Source of the DNA: Chromera velia | Lineage: Eukaryota | Assembly (NCBI GenBank): GCA_018398765.1 | Contig: JAHBMJ010000181.1 | Coordinates: forward strand, 1 to 56,573 | DNA length: 56,573 nucleotides | Direction of reading: 5' to 3' | Shown: piece by piece, positions 1 to 14,621 of the stretch | Layout of the letters: each line of letters starts with the position of its first letter | Position numbering within the stretch: the stretch's first letter is position 1 | Translations under genes and position numbers: made by a program | The notes under the pieces: model-generated | Told to the model about the DNA's origin: nothing | What the model saw: only the letters and a program-made list of their open reading frames with translations | The model's database searches: none

Positions 1-345
1 GATGGAGGAGCTTGGCAGGGATGGCCGTCCGGGGTGCTCGCGCGAGCGCGTTTGCCTCCTATTGTACGGATGGACCCCCAACTGGATATTATAGTTCTTC
101 GTCGAATCTTCGGTTCTTCGGTGGTGGATGCATTAATTGGAATGGACGAGTGCTGCACGGGATCATTCACCATTGGATTGAAAGAGACTTTTGATAAAAG
201 AAGGTTGTTGCTGACATGCTCTATAAACCACCCCATACATGCATCTGTTGCCATGATGTTGCAAACAGCTGGTCAATGTTGCGTCTCCATCTGTCAAGTG
301 CGTCACTGGTCTTCTGACTAACTGTACGCGCACATAGTCGCACGC

Positions 346-848
346 ATGATGGAGTTCCTCTTGTCTGGCAGAGCTGTTCCAATCCTTCTCCTCCTGTTGA
401 GTGGACCTCGTTGCGAGTGCTTTGCTCCTTCTAAGGTTCCGACCACAGACCTCATCAACGTCTTCGGAAGATTGGTGGGTAGACGGAGAAAGACTGGTCT
501 GCGTGATCGATTCGTCGTCAACTCACCAACGAATACCTTTGTCTGCCACTCTTCTCCATCTGAAAGGGACGTTCGATGACGTAAATGGCAGGTAGACGGA
601 CGGACAGATCGACAGATACAGCAAGATGTGTTGATTCATCTCGTATTTTCCTTCAGAAGGATGGAGGAGAAGGAGTGCGCAATCTCTCGTTTTTTCAACC
701 TTCTCGGGTCTTTTAGGTCTAGCATTTCTTGCGGGGGGCAGTACTCAGCGGCGAAGATGTCCTCGTCACTTTATGATGGCCTCTCTTCCGTCGAAATTGG
801 CGAGCGCGCACATCCACCAAAGCATATATATATATATATATATATATG

Positions 849-882
<34 letters not shown>

Positions 883-2393
883 TTGTGTACATGTGTGAGC
901 AGGCAGAACACGAGAACAGAATCCCCTCGATCAAACTGATCAGAGGAGAAGCCACAAGCGACGACCTCAGAGGTCAGTTGACGAACGGCATGTGCATGCA
1001 TTCATTAGGATGATGCGCTTCGGTACCCTCACACTGAGCTGCCTGTATGCTCCATTCTTCTTCCTCTTTTATCTGTCTCCATACACTCCCTTCTTGCCTA
1101 TCTGCTCTTCTCTCTCCTCCTCGGGACAGTACTTTTCCTTCCTTTGTCCCTTTCTCCTCTCGTCTCTTCTTCTGTCCAAAGCTTGGCCGAACCCCTTAAG
1201 TGCCAGCAAGAGAGTTCCTTTCCCCCCCTTCCCCCCGCAGGAAAGTTCGAGCCCTACTCCCAGGGCATCACGCCCTTCTCTGAGTGGCCCGACGGGAAGC
1301 ACCCTCATGCTCGGTGGTTCCGGTTGTTCCAGACAGACGAGAACGCAATCACTGAGAATGTATTCCTCGACCGCCTCCGCACACTTACCTGTCAGTCTGT
1401 CAGTCTCTAGCTCGGTCTCTCGAGAGATCAGTCAGTCTCTCAGTTATTTATGGCCACGACACCTGGGAAAATCTTTCAAGAAATACACGCAACGAAGATT
1501 CTTGATGATTCCACGGAATTGTTTAACCATTGGAGAATTACTGACGAATGACTGTCTCAAACTGGAGAGCCGAAAGGCCGTTTTGGTTGCTCTTCATCCG
1601 TCCCTTTTCTAGGAGATCCCCGCAGCCAGCTGGTCTCAGATCGATGGCAACTTGCGTCCTCGTTACCTGTTCTTGTGGCGGATGGTTTCCATAACCCGTT
1701 CAGATTCATTTCCTTCCTTCCTTCCCTCTTCCCTTTCTCTTAATTCTGCGTATGTGCATGCAGTCAAATGGCCCCTCGACCGCTTCGGGGAGCCTCTCTG
1801 CCTGGATGAGTACCTGGCTGCTTTGAGGGAGTGTAGGGGGTGGGAGAAGGAGGCGGCAAGGGCAGAAGCCTCCAATGTGGAGGTCTTGGAGGGACCTGGA
1901 GCGCTCGCACGGGCAGAACAGTTCAGCGCTCTCCACGCAGGTGGGTCTGCATGTTTCCATGTTGTTGGTGCGTGCCGTCGGGGCGCTCCAACCCCTTCCG
2001 GATTGCCGCTTTGGATCCCAGAAAAGGCCGCTGCCCAGTGCAAAGAAGAGTTTCGGTCCACTCGAGAAAGGAACAAGCGAGAGGTACTATCTCGGGGGTT
2101 GCAGGGGAGATGAGAGGACAGGAAAGAAGAAGGAACCAAACGAAGAAAAACAAAAAGACCCTCCCTGTGCACGCATCTCATCTGTCTGTCTTCCAATGGG
2201 ATAGCTGAGTGTTTGATTTGGCAACTGATATGAGAATTGTTTCATATACAGGTGGAATCCAGACAGCGTCCGTATAGAGTCTGTACGTGCACCCACGTGC
2301 TCTTTGATTCTCTCACGTCCGTTCGGCCTGCAGCGTCCGGAGACCTGAGGAGGGAGGAGGCACTGTGGAGACGGGAGACGAGCTCGGCTGCAC
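346..2393 (+). CDS. Multi-exon hypothetical protein, possibly plastid-targeted (3' end not resolved)
   Basis: ATG 346 gives MMEFLLSGRAVPILLLLLSGPRCEC-FAP followed by an Arg-rich stretch. AG/GT-bounded protein-like segments lie at about 1241-1369 (GKFEPYSQG...), 1613-1684 (EIPAASWSQ...), 1764-2083 (VKWPLDRFGE...) and 2252-2393. Exon joining was not verified. Confidence 0.45.
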
Positions 2394-2948
2394 GGTTGGT
2401 TGGTTGGTCGGGGGGTAGGGTGGTTGCGTACTTCGTTGCTTGGTTGGTTGGTGGTGACCGTTGGTCGTTGCTTAGTCAATTTTCTCTCTGTATATCTGGA
2501 CCAGAAAGAGCCTTGTACAGGCAAGCTGAATGATGCCGGACTGGCCGGCAAGAGGTTCAGCTTTCTTCTCTCTCTCTTTCTTTCGTGCTAAATTTGCATC
2601 TGTCCTCCTTCCCATTTTCGGCTCCTCTGCAGCCGCCTTGTGAACAGAAGAATAGAGTCACGTCGCATCAACAAAAAGGCAGGGCGTCTTGCTTTCTTCT
2701 GGTCAGCTCGTCCGGCTTGATGACAACGCTTGACAGCTCGATAGATCCTACTGCTTGGTATTCTTGTAGAAGCGCATGCATGGACCAAAGAGAAGAAGAA
2801 GTGGATGAAGTCGGTTCTCCTTGAAAGGAAGGCTTGCTTCTGGTTTCCACTTGTGCGCTTGCGGGACTGTCTGCCAGATTACGTCTGTGTGAGCACATGT
2901 CCAGCTCTTCTCTTTGTGCTGGCCAAGGTCGTCTTATGTACTTAGTTT

Positions 2949-3051
<103 letters not shown>

Positions 3052-3404
3052 TGTGTGTGTGTCGCTGATGTTCTGCTCGTACATTTGTTTTCTTGTACGA
3101 CAACACAAACATGTGTGTACAAGCGTGGAGTGAATTTGCTTGCTTGCAGCCTTTCAGAAAAGCAGGCGTATCTCTTCAGAGATCAGATTCCGAAATCCGT
3201 TGAGAGACTTGCACAGGGTACGCGCATGCATGGGCGTGATAGAAAAATGAAAGAAGAAACATAAAATGTCCCTTCCATTTCTACCTAACAACCGTCTCTC
3301 CTCCGGGCTTTCCCCCGTACTTTTTTTCTTTCCAGGGTTTGCTGTAGATGGAAAAATCATTCGCATGCCAGCTCAATTTGATCGGCCAGCGCGGATGTGC
3401 AAAT

Positions 3405-3448
<44 letters not shown>

Positions 3449-3469
3449 TCTCTCCCTCTCTCTCTCTCC

Positions 3470-3515
<46 letters not shown>

Positions 3516-4113
3516 TCTGCACGTCTGTGCATGCAAGTTTACCTGGTGTCGCACCGCAGATCATGCTGTCTCACTTACGCAGAAACAAGCATGCATAATG
3601 CAGAACAGTAGATTCGGGGCCCCTCGATCTGCATATGTCTTCTCCCTCTCTCCCTTGGGTATCTCCAGAATGATTGTCTGTGCCTGGTGCAAAAAGAAAG
3701 GGCGCCTCGTTGTCCTTGCCTATTTTGTTTTTGCCTCTGCAAAGAAAAGGATGTCTCGTTGCTGCCATCGGTATTGTTTGTAATGTTCACGCTTACGTGC
3801 TTTTTTGTGTATGCAGGCAAGCGATGCGCAAGCTTTGATGCTTTTGTGGAGGGGGTCTCTCAAGCATTGGTTCAACTTGAAAAGGTTGCGAGATGACAGC
3901 TTTAAGCCTGAGTGTCGTCGATTCTTTGTGCAGCTCTTGTGTGCGTGCACTTTATATGCGGCATCTGGACGATTGTTTTGAAAGGCCTGTATATCATGCA
4001 CTGACACTTTTTTCAGAAACAGCAAAAAAGATATCCTTTTAAAACTTATATCCAAGGTAGTAACTTATAAGAAACGTTATCCGGAGTTTTGCTAAGTAAA
4101 GCTAATGATAGCA

Positions 4114-4115
<2 letters not shown>

Positions 4116-4166
<51 letters not shown>

Positions 4167-4223
4167 CTGACTGATTGATTGATTGATTGATTGATTGACT
4201 GATTGATTGATTGATTGATTGAT
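4116..4223. repeat. (GATT)n microsatellite
   Basis: Tandem GATT/GACT units seen directly. Confidence 0.95.
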
Positions 4224-4322
4224 AGGTTCCGCACTAAGCCTTCCCGCTTTGTCCCCTAGTTTGTCCCTCTCAGTCAGTTAACGTATTATATTCAACCTAG
4301 CTTCACTGCTGCTTTATGCCTA

Positions 4323-4648
4323 GGGGTAATTTAAAAAAAAAAAAAAAAAATTGGTCATTTTCACTTTTTTGTTTTTTGTATTTTTTCTGATGCCAAACTA
4401 AAAAATATGTTGTTTAAGTGTTGTTGATGTGTTGCACGAATCAACAAGTGTTGTTTAAGTGTTGTTATACTATTGTTTCTTTGTTATAATGATAAATGAA
4501 TGTTGTTGCACTGTTATATAACTGTTGCTTTTGTGTTGCAAGGTGTTGCATATGTTTGTCATGTCTTTATGGAGGTCATCATCGAAAAGCAAAAAAAAAA
4601 AAAAATGCCTTAGATACCGTATTTTTATTTTTTTTTGAAAATCACCCC
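4323..4648. mobile_element. MITE with TA target-site duplication
   Basis: TA|GGGGTAATTT(A)n ... (T)nGAAAATCACCCC|TA. Non-coding AT-rich interior with TGTTG repeats. Confidence 0.65.
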
Positions 4649-4950
4649 TAGCTTAATACAGCTTTTAACTAAAACTTTTCAAAAACATTAGATAAAAGTA
4701 GAAACTAGAATAAGAAAGTGATTAAACTGTGATTCAATGTCATAATAGAATTTCATCATATAAAATCTGATAAATCTGAAAAGGCCGATCGATTTTTAGT
4801 AGTCCGTTCGTAATATTTAACACTATATGTTTCAACTTGTCTGATAAAATATGAGAAAAGTCTAGAGAAAAATGTATAAGAAGCAAGATAAAGCAAAACA
4901 ACAAACAAGAAAGTAGGAGGAGCTGCAAGCGGCGACTTGCACTGCATGGA

Positions 4951-5515
4951 CCCTGCAGGTAGCTAGGATTTTACGGGATTTTAGCCCAGGATTTTAGCGG
5001 ATTTTACGGGATTTTATCCAGAATTTTAACGGATTTAGGCGGATTTTGCCGAGGATTCTGCCGGACTATTTCTTCAGGATTTTAGAATCTAAAATCCTGG
5101 CTCTAGGGATTATAAAGACTAAAATCCTGGATCCTAGGATTTTAGAAATGAATACCAGGATTTTACAGGATTTTAACATAAACAAAAACAATGAAATAAA
5201 AGTCGATCACAATCGATGCCGGTTATCCCTTCAGGTCAAACAGGAAGTGTATCATTCATCTTTGAATTTAATTTTATTCATTTCTTTAAAATCCCGTAAA
5301 ATCCTGTATAATCCCGTAAAATCCTAGGAAGAGGCTAGGATTTTAGCTTTCTTTCAGGATTTTAGATTCTAAAATCCTAGGTGTAGGGTTTATATTTTTA
5401 ACGTTAAGAGTCCGGCAGAATCCTGGGCAAAATCCGCTAAAATTCGCTAAAATCCTGGCCAAAATCCCGTAAAATCCTGGCCTAAAATCCCGCAAAATCC
5501 TGGCTACCTGCAGGG
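4951..5515. mobile_element. Foldback-type MITE with CCC...GGG termini and 2-bp TSD (CMC/EnSpm-like by inference)
   Basis: GA|CCCTGCAGGTAGCTAGGATTTT ... AAAATCCTGGCTACCTGCAGGG|GA. Long imperfect inverted arms are built of GGATTTTA subrepeats. Confidence 0.85.
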
Positions 5516-5585
5516 GAGGAGTCAACGGCTCTTATCGACACATACAGCTAAGAATAAACCAACTAGCTCTCAAATTGAATGTCGA

Positions 5586-7420
5586 TCAGATGTAATAGAC
5601 CTTGTGTGATCTCCCCCCCGCCTCGGATTCAAGTCCCGCGTCCATGTCCAGGTCCTCGTCAGGAGCGGAGGAGCCCAGGGCTCGAACCGACGTCGCCGCC
5701 ACAGCTGCACGGCGGGACGGGGACGGTGGAGACCTCCCGTACGATTGGCCTGGCGGACTGCCCCCGGTTGGGGGGTCAAGGAAGTTCCCCGTCCTTGCTT
5801 TCTTCTCCCTTCCCCCTCTTCCCTCCCCTCCCCCATACCCGAAAGAGGATTCTCCCGACTCCCCTACGCCCTCATCTTCTCCACTCAGGGACCAATCCTG
5901 CTCTCTGTCTTCCTCTTCTTCCTCTTCCGCCTCTCTTGCAGCCTTCTTTCGAGCTTCCAGCTCTTCCAACTCATCCACTACCGCACTCATCTGATCATTC
6001 AGCTTCCCCAGTCTCTCCACCGCCTCCTCAAACTTCCACACCATCGGACCACGACCTGAGTCTTTCCACTTCGCGGGCATCGACAACTCCTCTCTGACTT
6101 GCTGCAGGCAAACAAAAAGGCACCGGGATATCAATCGAAAAGAACAGAAACGAAAGGCAAATGCATGGCAGATTTACCAGGAAGAAAACAAACGACCTAT
6201 GCTCGAGTGGCGTGAGACTGAACTGCTGCGAGGTCGATTCGGAGAGAAAAATTCTTCCTGCTCCAGACAGAAAAGAAGAAAGAAAATGTGGAGAGACGCG
6301 AGAGATGTTGAACAGAGTGAACCCTGCCCAGATCGCCTTTTCAGACTTGCTGTTGGTGTGGATGGGTTTTTTGTATGCAAGTATCTTTGAATGTAAGTAC
6401 TATGTGTTTATGTATACGTCCATGTGTGCTTGAATGTGCGTGGGATGCATGGACATTCAAATAAAAATATGGACACAAGAAAGAACAACACTACCATGCA
6501 AAACAAAGTCATGCACCTGTTACCCATCGCTGTATGTTCTGCAGTGATATATGTGTGTGCGGACATGCAAAAAGACAGAGAGAGAGAAAAAGAACACACC
6601 CGGATAGCCGTCCCTAAATTCCGCACGCTGGCAAGAAGGAAACCTCCGTCGTCGCCCTCCTCTTCTCGACCTCCCCACTCTTTCCCCAGCCCTTCTGCCA
6701 TATCCATCCCCCCCCGCCCCCTCTGCGTCCTGCTTCTCTCGTCCACTGCCACCCTAGCGGCCCCCACTCCCTCCTCTATGAGGACAAGAAGACAGAGGAC
6801 TTGACGGCAGTCGATAGGAAGTTCAAGTCGGTTCGTTTCCTTCTTCTTTCCTTCTTTCTCTTTCTGTCGCACTCTCTCCCCCCCTTCCCCCCGTGACTTC
6901 AGATCGGCCGACACGGACACTGCTTCCTCTGCCTTCCCCATAGAGACGTCCTTACTGGCAGCCACAGCACAGGCCTGCATTGACACAAGAAGAGGAAGAG
7001 GACTGACCCATTTTCACAATGCCTCATGAGTATTTCGTTCTACGGACACGTGCGGTCGTACTTTGAATCACACACGAAAGCTTCCAGACAGCCCATGAGA
7101 AAAGTCGAGAAAGAAAACAGCGACGAAGGGACTGGGTGAGTGGCAAAGGGAAGGCCTTGAAGAGCATGCTCTCATACGGACATCCCTGCGTTCTCACACG
7201 AGACAAACAGACAGCAAAAGGCGAAAGTTCTACGTTCCTTCTGGTGGTTCTGTTTCGCCCACGCGTGAACACAAACTTATCAACCGCCCAAGCTCGAATT
7301 CCTCTCTCTCTTTCTCTCTCTCTCTCACACACACACACACATACACACACACGCACACACACACACGCATACACACACAGACACACACACACCCACACCC
7401 ACACACGCACACACACGCAC

Positions 7421-7466
<46 letters not shown>

Positions 7467-7506
7467 ACACACAGACACACAGACACACAGACACACAGAC
7501 ACACAG

Positions 7507-7545
<39 letters not shown>

Positions 7546-8390
7546 CCTGTTCAGCAGTCTTTTGATCTTTTCCTCCCTTCCCGTTCTTCTTCTGCTGTGC
7601 CTCCCGCCTCTGCCTTTCTATATACTGTTTGTACGTTCCTCCGATTCCAAAAGCCATGTTTGTGAGGACATCCACCAGCCGTCTCGCGTACGTGTCACCA
7701 CAGAAGGTCCACCTGCAAGCACACTCTAGCTCTCACACAGATTTACACACCCACACTCGCACGAAGAGCAAGCGGAGACAGGAGACTGATCCACGACGAA
7801 CTTTCATTCTCTCTGTCAAATTCTTCTGGAATCCGCACTCAGCAGACGACCGAAATCAATCTCATCCACCAAGACAACAAGAAATACAAAGTAAAGAACA
7901 CGCAGAAACAAGAAGCCAGATGAGGAACGTTGTCTCTCAACTCAAAGACGGAACGACTCAAAGAACACACGCGGTCTCTCGCACACGGCGACCGAACCCG
8001 CATTAAGCCATTTGAATGTCTACCCATCCAACTGACCGACCTTCCAAACATCCCAGCCAGTCCCTCGACCACTCTCACAAAACCGCTCTTGATTGCACGG
8101 ATCAGAATCCCAAACATGATCTGCATCCACACACACATATACACAAACAAACCAAATTGAAGCCCAACGAGATTTCATCAACACCTCCAGTCGCCGAATC
8201 TTCGCAAGACCAGAGCAGCAGCACATCCACGGCCCCCATACAAGGGCTAGCTCTTCCTTTCCTGTAAATCGGAGGAACAGATGGATGGATGGATGAGGGA
8301 GTACAGGGAGACTTTGTTTCCGACTCTGTGTGTGTCACAAACCTGTCTGTCGGATGCAGAAGCCCCTCTGTAAGGATTCTCGGCGACACG

Positions 8391-8433
<43 letters not shown>

Positions 8434-10350
8434 CGACAGACCGGATGGAGGACTGGGTGCACTGGCAGGTCCTCCTTGCCACTCCAGAAGGCGATCTTGT
8501 GTTCCTTCCACTCGCTTCCGTCACCCTCTGTATCTCCCCCCCCTTCCCCCATCTCTCTTCCCTGTTCTTTCTCGTCTCTCTCCAAAAGGCTAAAAGCCCG
8601 AAGGGACCTCATCCACCCAGCCGAGCGACACAGTGGAGAGAGCACGATGCCGGGATCTCCGAGGAGATCTTCAAACGACAACTGCAGAGGAAGAGAGACA
8701 AATTAGACAGAGAGACTATTGCAATGGAAAGTCTTGCAAGCAGAGGAGGGAGGACGGTCTACCGAACGAAAATCGGGGGAGGCGACATAGGCACAGACAA
8801 TCAACGACAAGCATTCAAACAGGCAGAGAGCGTACTTTGACGCGATAACAATAAGCATTCTTTCCGTGACAGGAACACAACACATGATGCAAAAAACAGG
8901 AGCTCCGCCGTATTGTTCTTAGGACTATCAGTTTGCAGTAGAGTTGACGTTTGCGAGATAGTTGGATATAAAAAAAGAGAAGAAAGAAAAAAAGAAAGAA
9001 ACCAAGAAAGAAAGAAAAAAAGAAAGAAAGAAAGAAACCAAGAAAGAAAGAAAAAAAGAAAGAAAGAAAGAAAGCAAGCAAGCAAGCAAGCAAGAAAGAA
9101 AGAAAGAAAGAGAGTAAGCGAAAATGAGATAGACTCCTCCGAGGTCGAGAGCTTCCTTCAGTCTTTATTTACTCGCAAGTTGCTAGCCGCTTTCCCTCCC
9201 TGCCTATTGACCAACCTCGTATGCGAGACAGTCGACGAATGCGAACACATCAGCACTCAAAGAGTGGATCGGCAACTTCCCCCCAAACAGCGACACGTTT
9301 TGGAACCCCGAGGCTCCTCTGAGGAGCTTCACGGGTTTTCCGAATCTCCTCGGCACCGTCCCTTCTCGGGAGTGGAAATGGAGAAGCCAATAGAGATCAA
9401 TCAGAGACACGCAGTCGGGATCACATGGGTCGACGTGCTCTTCTTTCTTTTTATTCTGCTTTTCTTCTTCTTTGATTCCCTTCAAAATCTTTTGCTTCAA
9501 TTCCTCGTCCATCTCCTTCTGTCTCCGCTCCTCCTCCCTAGTCTTCTCTTCAGGGAAAGGCGACGGCGTGCCCTCACTCTGAAGGAGACGGGCGCTATCT
9601 GCGGCTTCCTGCAACTCTGCGAGGGCCGCAGGGGAGGAAACTAGTGTGTCAACTACGGACCCCATACCTAGGAAGTAGACGCAGTCGTGCGCAAGGTGAC
9701 GGAGCATCACGGCACTTCGTTTCTCCGGGTCTCTGGGAATTTGTGACTCTAGGGCCTGGGGTCCGTATGCGTACTTGCACAGGAGAGAGATGACATCCTG
9801 GAGATACTTGGTGGGGGCATCAGAAGAAGAATGGGAGTCAAGAGAGGTCCAACGCAGAAGAGAGAGCCTGAGGTTCTCGCTCGTGTGCTGGTCCATCAAG
9901 AGAAGCCTGGCGAGGTTGAGAGTCTTCTTTGGATCTAGATAAGGAAGTCCCACTGCGGAAGAAGAAGAAGACGAGGCCCCCTTGGAGGAAGCCTTCTTGG
10001 TCTTTGAAGGCTTTGAAGGCGGGGGGGGCATCTCTACAGTCCCCGCAGCACGGGGCACGCGGCCGGTTGAGGAAGGGGAAGCGGGGGAAGAAGATGGTGG
10101 GCTGGCCTGAGAGTGGGAGGGGCCAGGATCCCCCTCGGCTCCTTCTGCTGCAGTCCATAGAGAAGAATCAATCTCCTGTCCCTTCTCTTTCTTTTTCTCT
10201 TCTCCTCCCTCTGCTTTTGCTTTTTGTCGGCTGACGGGCGTGGCTGCCAGGTTCTTCAGGAGGGTCTCGACGAGGAAGTCTTCGAAGAGGGGGCACCTGC
10301 ATTGCATCATCATGCGTGTCTCTATGAGGGTATATTGTGGATATCGAGGG

Positions 10351-10381
<31 letters not shown>

Positions 10382-11337
10382 CGCGCAAGTACGTAGGTAG
10401 GTGGGCCGACGGCAAAGTTCTCGAGAGGGGGCACCAGCATTCTGTCTGTATACAGATAACGTAAGGCATCTATCTGCGAGTACTCACACGTGCATGCAAA
10501 AGAAAGGCCATGCAATCATGCTGAGAGTCCCTGCTTCCTTCAGTCAGTTGTTTTTTCAATCTCTCTATTTCTGCTCGCTCTCCATGCAGACCCACCCACC
10601 GCAAGTGCATCAGAGCTGCAAATGCCGCCACACAGGAGGTCATCCGAGGCCCACTCTTTCTGTTCGTCAATGCAGTGACCAGCTGGAGGACCGTCGTTTC
10701 GTCAATTCCGCCCCTGCACCCACCCACCAGGAGAAGAAAAGAAAAGAGGGAGTCGAAGAATGAACGCACAGACATTAGCGGATTTTGCTCTCCCTTTTCA
10801 CGCAACATTCGGCAACAACAGAACCAGCTTCATGAAGAACGCAAAAGGAGAGGCGCAAGGACGTAAGAGAACGAGGAAAGCGATATGAAAGAAAAAGGAC
10901 AGATAGATAGAAAGAAAGGAAGGACTTGGACTTCAATCAACGAGCGTGTGAGAGGGACACAGAAAGACAGATTGACCAAGAAAAAAGAGAAGGAGTGCCG
11001 CCATCCATGCAGCAAACGATCAAATGCATCTTGTAGATCCCTGCCTAATTAATTGTGCTGAGGAAAGAAAGAAAGCCCTGACTGACTGACTGACGCCATG
11101 AGATCAGTGAGCAAAATGGGGAGATTCAGGAGAAGCTCCTCCCCTGCGGGCAGGCAATACACGAAGCACACTTACATTGATGCCGAAAATAAAGTGCCTC
11201 TCCTCTCTTGAAAAGCAGGAAGAGAACAAAAATGGGAAAACAAATTGTTCGTCTAATTGCAAATCCTTGGCAGAGAGAAAAAGCGATCCACAGAAGGATG
11301 TAATAAGGAAGGGATTCATGCAGAGCATGTGTTTGTG

Positions 11338-11368
<31 letters not shown>

Positions 11369-13060
11369 AAGAGATGGGGAATGCAGGAATTCGAGAACGA
11401 AAGGTGTCTCGGCCCCATTCATCTTTTCTCAGCCCACGTCTTCCTTCTGCTTCATGGTCCCGAGGGCCTCCTTCTCGATCAAAAACGGAATTTAGGGAAA
11501 AGCAGGGCACAATTAAGCAAATCTATCACCAGAAGGCGAAAACTCAAATATAGCAATATTAAACACACCGGTTAGTCTCAACTTGCCCTTCTGTCACGGA
11601 CCCCGGTTCGATCTTCTTCATCAGATGAAAAAGAAATTAATTTCCCTCTCATGAATTCTTTCATTCATGCTCAAGATGGGCGGGCACAGTGACGCACTAC
11701 TACTACTCTCTTCCTCACTCATTCACTCCCTGAAGAGCCGGCCATCTGCTTGATTGATGTTCCTGTGAACACTCGGACGGACACTTTTCTTACATAAATT
11801 CCTCTTGATTTTATTTTTGTTCTCTTCATTTAGCACTTGTGCCTCCATTCATTCATTCATTCATTCATTCAATCAATCAATCATTCATTCATTCGTACAT
11901 TCATTCATTCAATCAATTGAACTCCAACAATTAAGGGGCCCACCGTCCTTCAAGAGCTTGGTGAGAATTTCGTCTCGACTGAATGCCATCGACACGCGGT
12001 TGCGAAAAGTGCTGCAAGCACGAAGGAAGAATCGGACAGGGGCGCAACGACCGAATGATCCAAAAACAATCGATGAACACCAAGCCATTAATTAGGCAGG
12101 CCGGCAAGCAGACAGGCAGAGAGGAGCCGCAGAAAAGAACCCTTGGGAACTGACTGGAACAGCAGAAAAAAAAAAGGCACGCAGCCAATCAATCGAGAGA
12201 GGACGAAACAAGGCAATCATCCCGAACTTCATGAGAGAGTGAATGAAAGGAGTGCCTCCACAGACAGACTTGAGGCACGAGGGAAGGCAAAAGGGATCGA
12301 GAAAAGGAAGGAAGGAAGGAAAAGAGGAAGGGGAGGAAATGATACAAGAGAACAGCCGTGGAGAAGCACTACAGGAAAAGTTCCCTTTCGGGTACAGTCA
12401 TGTCCTTGAACCGTCTTGGTGCAAACAGAAACGCATTGAAAGAAGAACCATGCTTACCTTACACGCAAATCAAGTCCGATCCCAAGACACGCCCTTGCAC
12501 GCAGATTGCTTTCGGCCCTCTCCCGTTCTTTCTTGCTCATTCCCATCGTGATGCTGCTGCTTCTCCCCCCTCCCTCTGTCTGCATCTGCATTCTTGCCGC
12601 CAATTCTCTGTCCCGATCCCCGCCTCTTTCCCCTCCCCCTTTGCCCCTTTGCTTGATCTGCCGCGCTTCCACTTCCACCTCCTCCCCCCCCCTCTCCCAG
12701 TCGTCCTCCTCGTTCAACGCGTCTGGGTTGTAGCGCAGTCTCTTCACGGCACCACACAGGAGCATTCTCAGAGAGACGATAAGGACCCTCCTGACTAATT
12801 TGGGAGACCTGCAGAGAGCAGAGAAACGCATCGCGTGAGTGAGGCATTCATCCGTACTTGCTTCGATTGACCTTCCGTGCTTTGTGTGAACGAACGTGTG
12901 AGGGGGAATTCATGCAGGTACATTCTTTCTTTCTTGGTGCATACACAGAAAGACAAAAAGAATGGAAGAAGATTGCCCGCAGCAGAGATGCAGCCGATTG
13001 AAAGAGAGAAAGGAGTAGAGAAGAAAAAACACACAAATTCTCTCTCTGTCTCTGTCCCTT

Positions 13061-13104
<44 letters not shown>

Positions 13105-14621
13105 GGGGGGGGGAGCTGGGGAGAGAGCAAGGGGGGAATAAAAAAGAGCAGAAAGAACAACGAGAAGGAAAGAACCAAAAACAGTTCCCACCGAACTACA
13201 CCAGACCATACTGACCCCGTGCTAATGATGTACGATATCCGATGGTTCTCTGCATTCTGCCACAGCACCACGTCCCTCTTCACAGGCACCAGAGGCATGT
13301 TCCCACCCCCCGTCCCCGAGGTTACCCCTCTCATTCTGTCAGGCGGTTTGTTGATCCACCCCAGACCCTCGAGTCCCGCCATGCGACCTGCGTACGCCTC
13401 AATCTTTGGACGGTATTCCAGGGCGGCAAACTTGAACGACTTCTTGCTCATGCGCGCTTTCATCACGGAGGACAAGGGAGACAGGTCCATCCCCAGAGGG
13501 TCTTTCACAGACCACCAGGCTACTTTCTGAAGGGCTTGCTCCACCACGATCCTCGCTTTGGTGTCGAGTCTCCTTTCCTTCTCGGGCTTAGACAGGTAGA
13601 GTTGCTGGGTCGCCTTTCCGCTTTCCGACAGGGAGGATGCGTCAAACAGCCACCTAGGCTCCTGGTTCAACAGAGACAGCAGGTTGATCACGGCAGGACG
13701 GGCCCGTCGGATGGGAAGGAGGTGGTGGGCGTCCGCGAGGACCTCCAGGTACCTGCAATTTGACAGGGAAAATTTTGATTTTATTTCTTCATGCAGTCGA
13801 CAGCAGGCATGCATGTACGAGTGTAAGTCATTTATCCGGAATTTCACGGCGCTACAGATCTTTCAGAGAAAGAGCGGGCCTGGGGGAAGGAGAGACACGG
13901 AGAATCGAAGTAACCCTGCATTGGAGGAAACAGAAGGAAACGCGAGACGACAAAACAAGCACAAGCACTGAGCGGAGTCAGTAAGGGAGTCGCACAAAAA
14001 GGCGGACACGCCGGCAGACAAGCAACCAAAAAGGAAAAGAAAGACTCGATCGATCAAGGAAGACGGGAATGCAGGTGAGCCAATTTTCTTTTCACATTCT
14101 CTGTTTCTTTGTTTGCGAGCACAGCCGAAAGAACTGACCGCAAGACATAATCCGGGTTGTCGAAATCGTGTTTGCGGTCAATCAATTTGCCGGCCATGTG
14201 CCGTGCCATTTCGTCTTTCACTACCTCCTTTTTCGAGAGGTGGCAGAGAGACAGAAGTCGCACCATATCGTACTGGAGCTGCAATCGTGTGGGAGGACAA
14301 GCTGCATAAAACACTGATATTCACAATCAGGCACAGCGGGGCTGCGAGAGGAGACGCGGGGCGGAAAGGAGAGTAGTTTGTGTCCAATGCCACCAGAATG
14401 GTCTGAGGGGCTGCCATGCACACGCATTGGGTTGATAAATGAACTGACAGTGTCAGGTGTGTGCCGAGGGAGGATCTCTCTCTGCAGACACTGAAATCTC
14501 TCTTTCCAGGTCTTCTTTTTTTCGTTTTCCTTCAAAGCTTCAAGGAGGAGCAGCGCGGCGTGCGCAGGGCTGTCCTTCTCTTTCCGCATTGCACACCTCT
14601 CTTCTGTTCTCTTGTGTACCT
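5586..14621 (-). CDS. Large multi-exon hypothetical protein gene (possibly more than one gene)
   Basis: Protein-like minus-strand segments between microsatellite-rich introns: about 14330-14621, 14060-14283 (LQLQYDMVRLLS...), 13215-13753 (YLEVLADAHH...), 12460-12808, 9130-10297 (CPLFEDFLVET...), several small ones at 6.2-8.7 kb, and a last exon ending at stop 5586. No family recognised. Confidence 0.5.
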
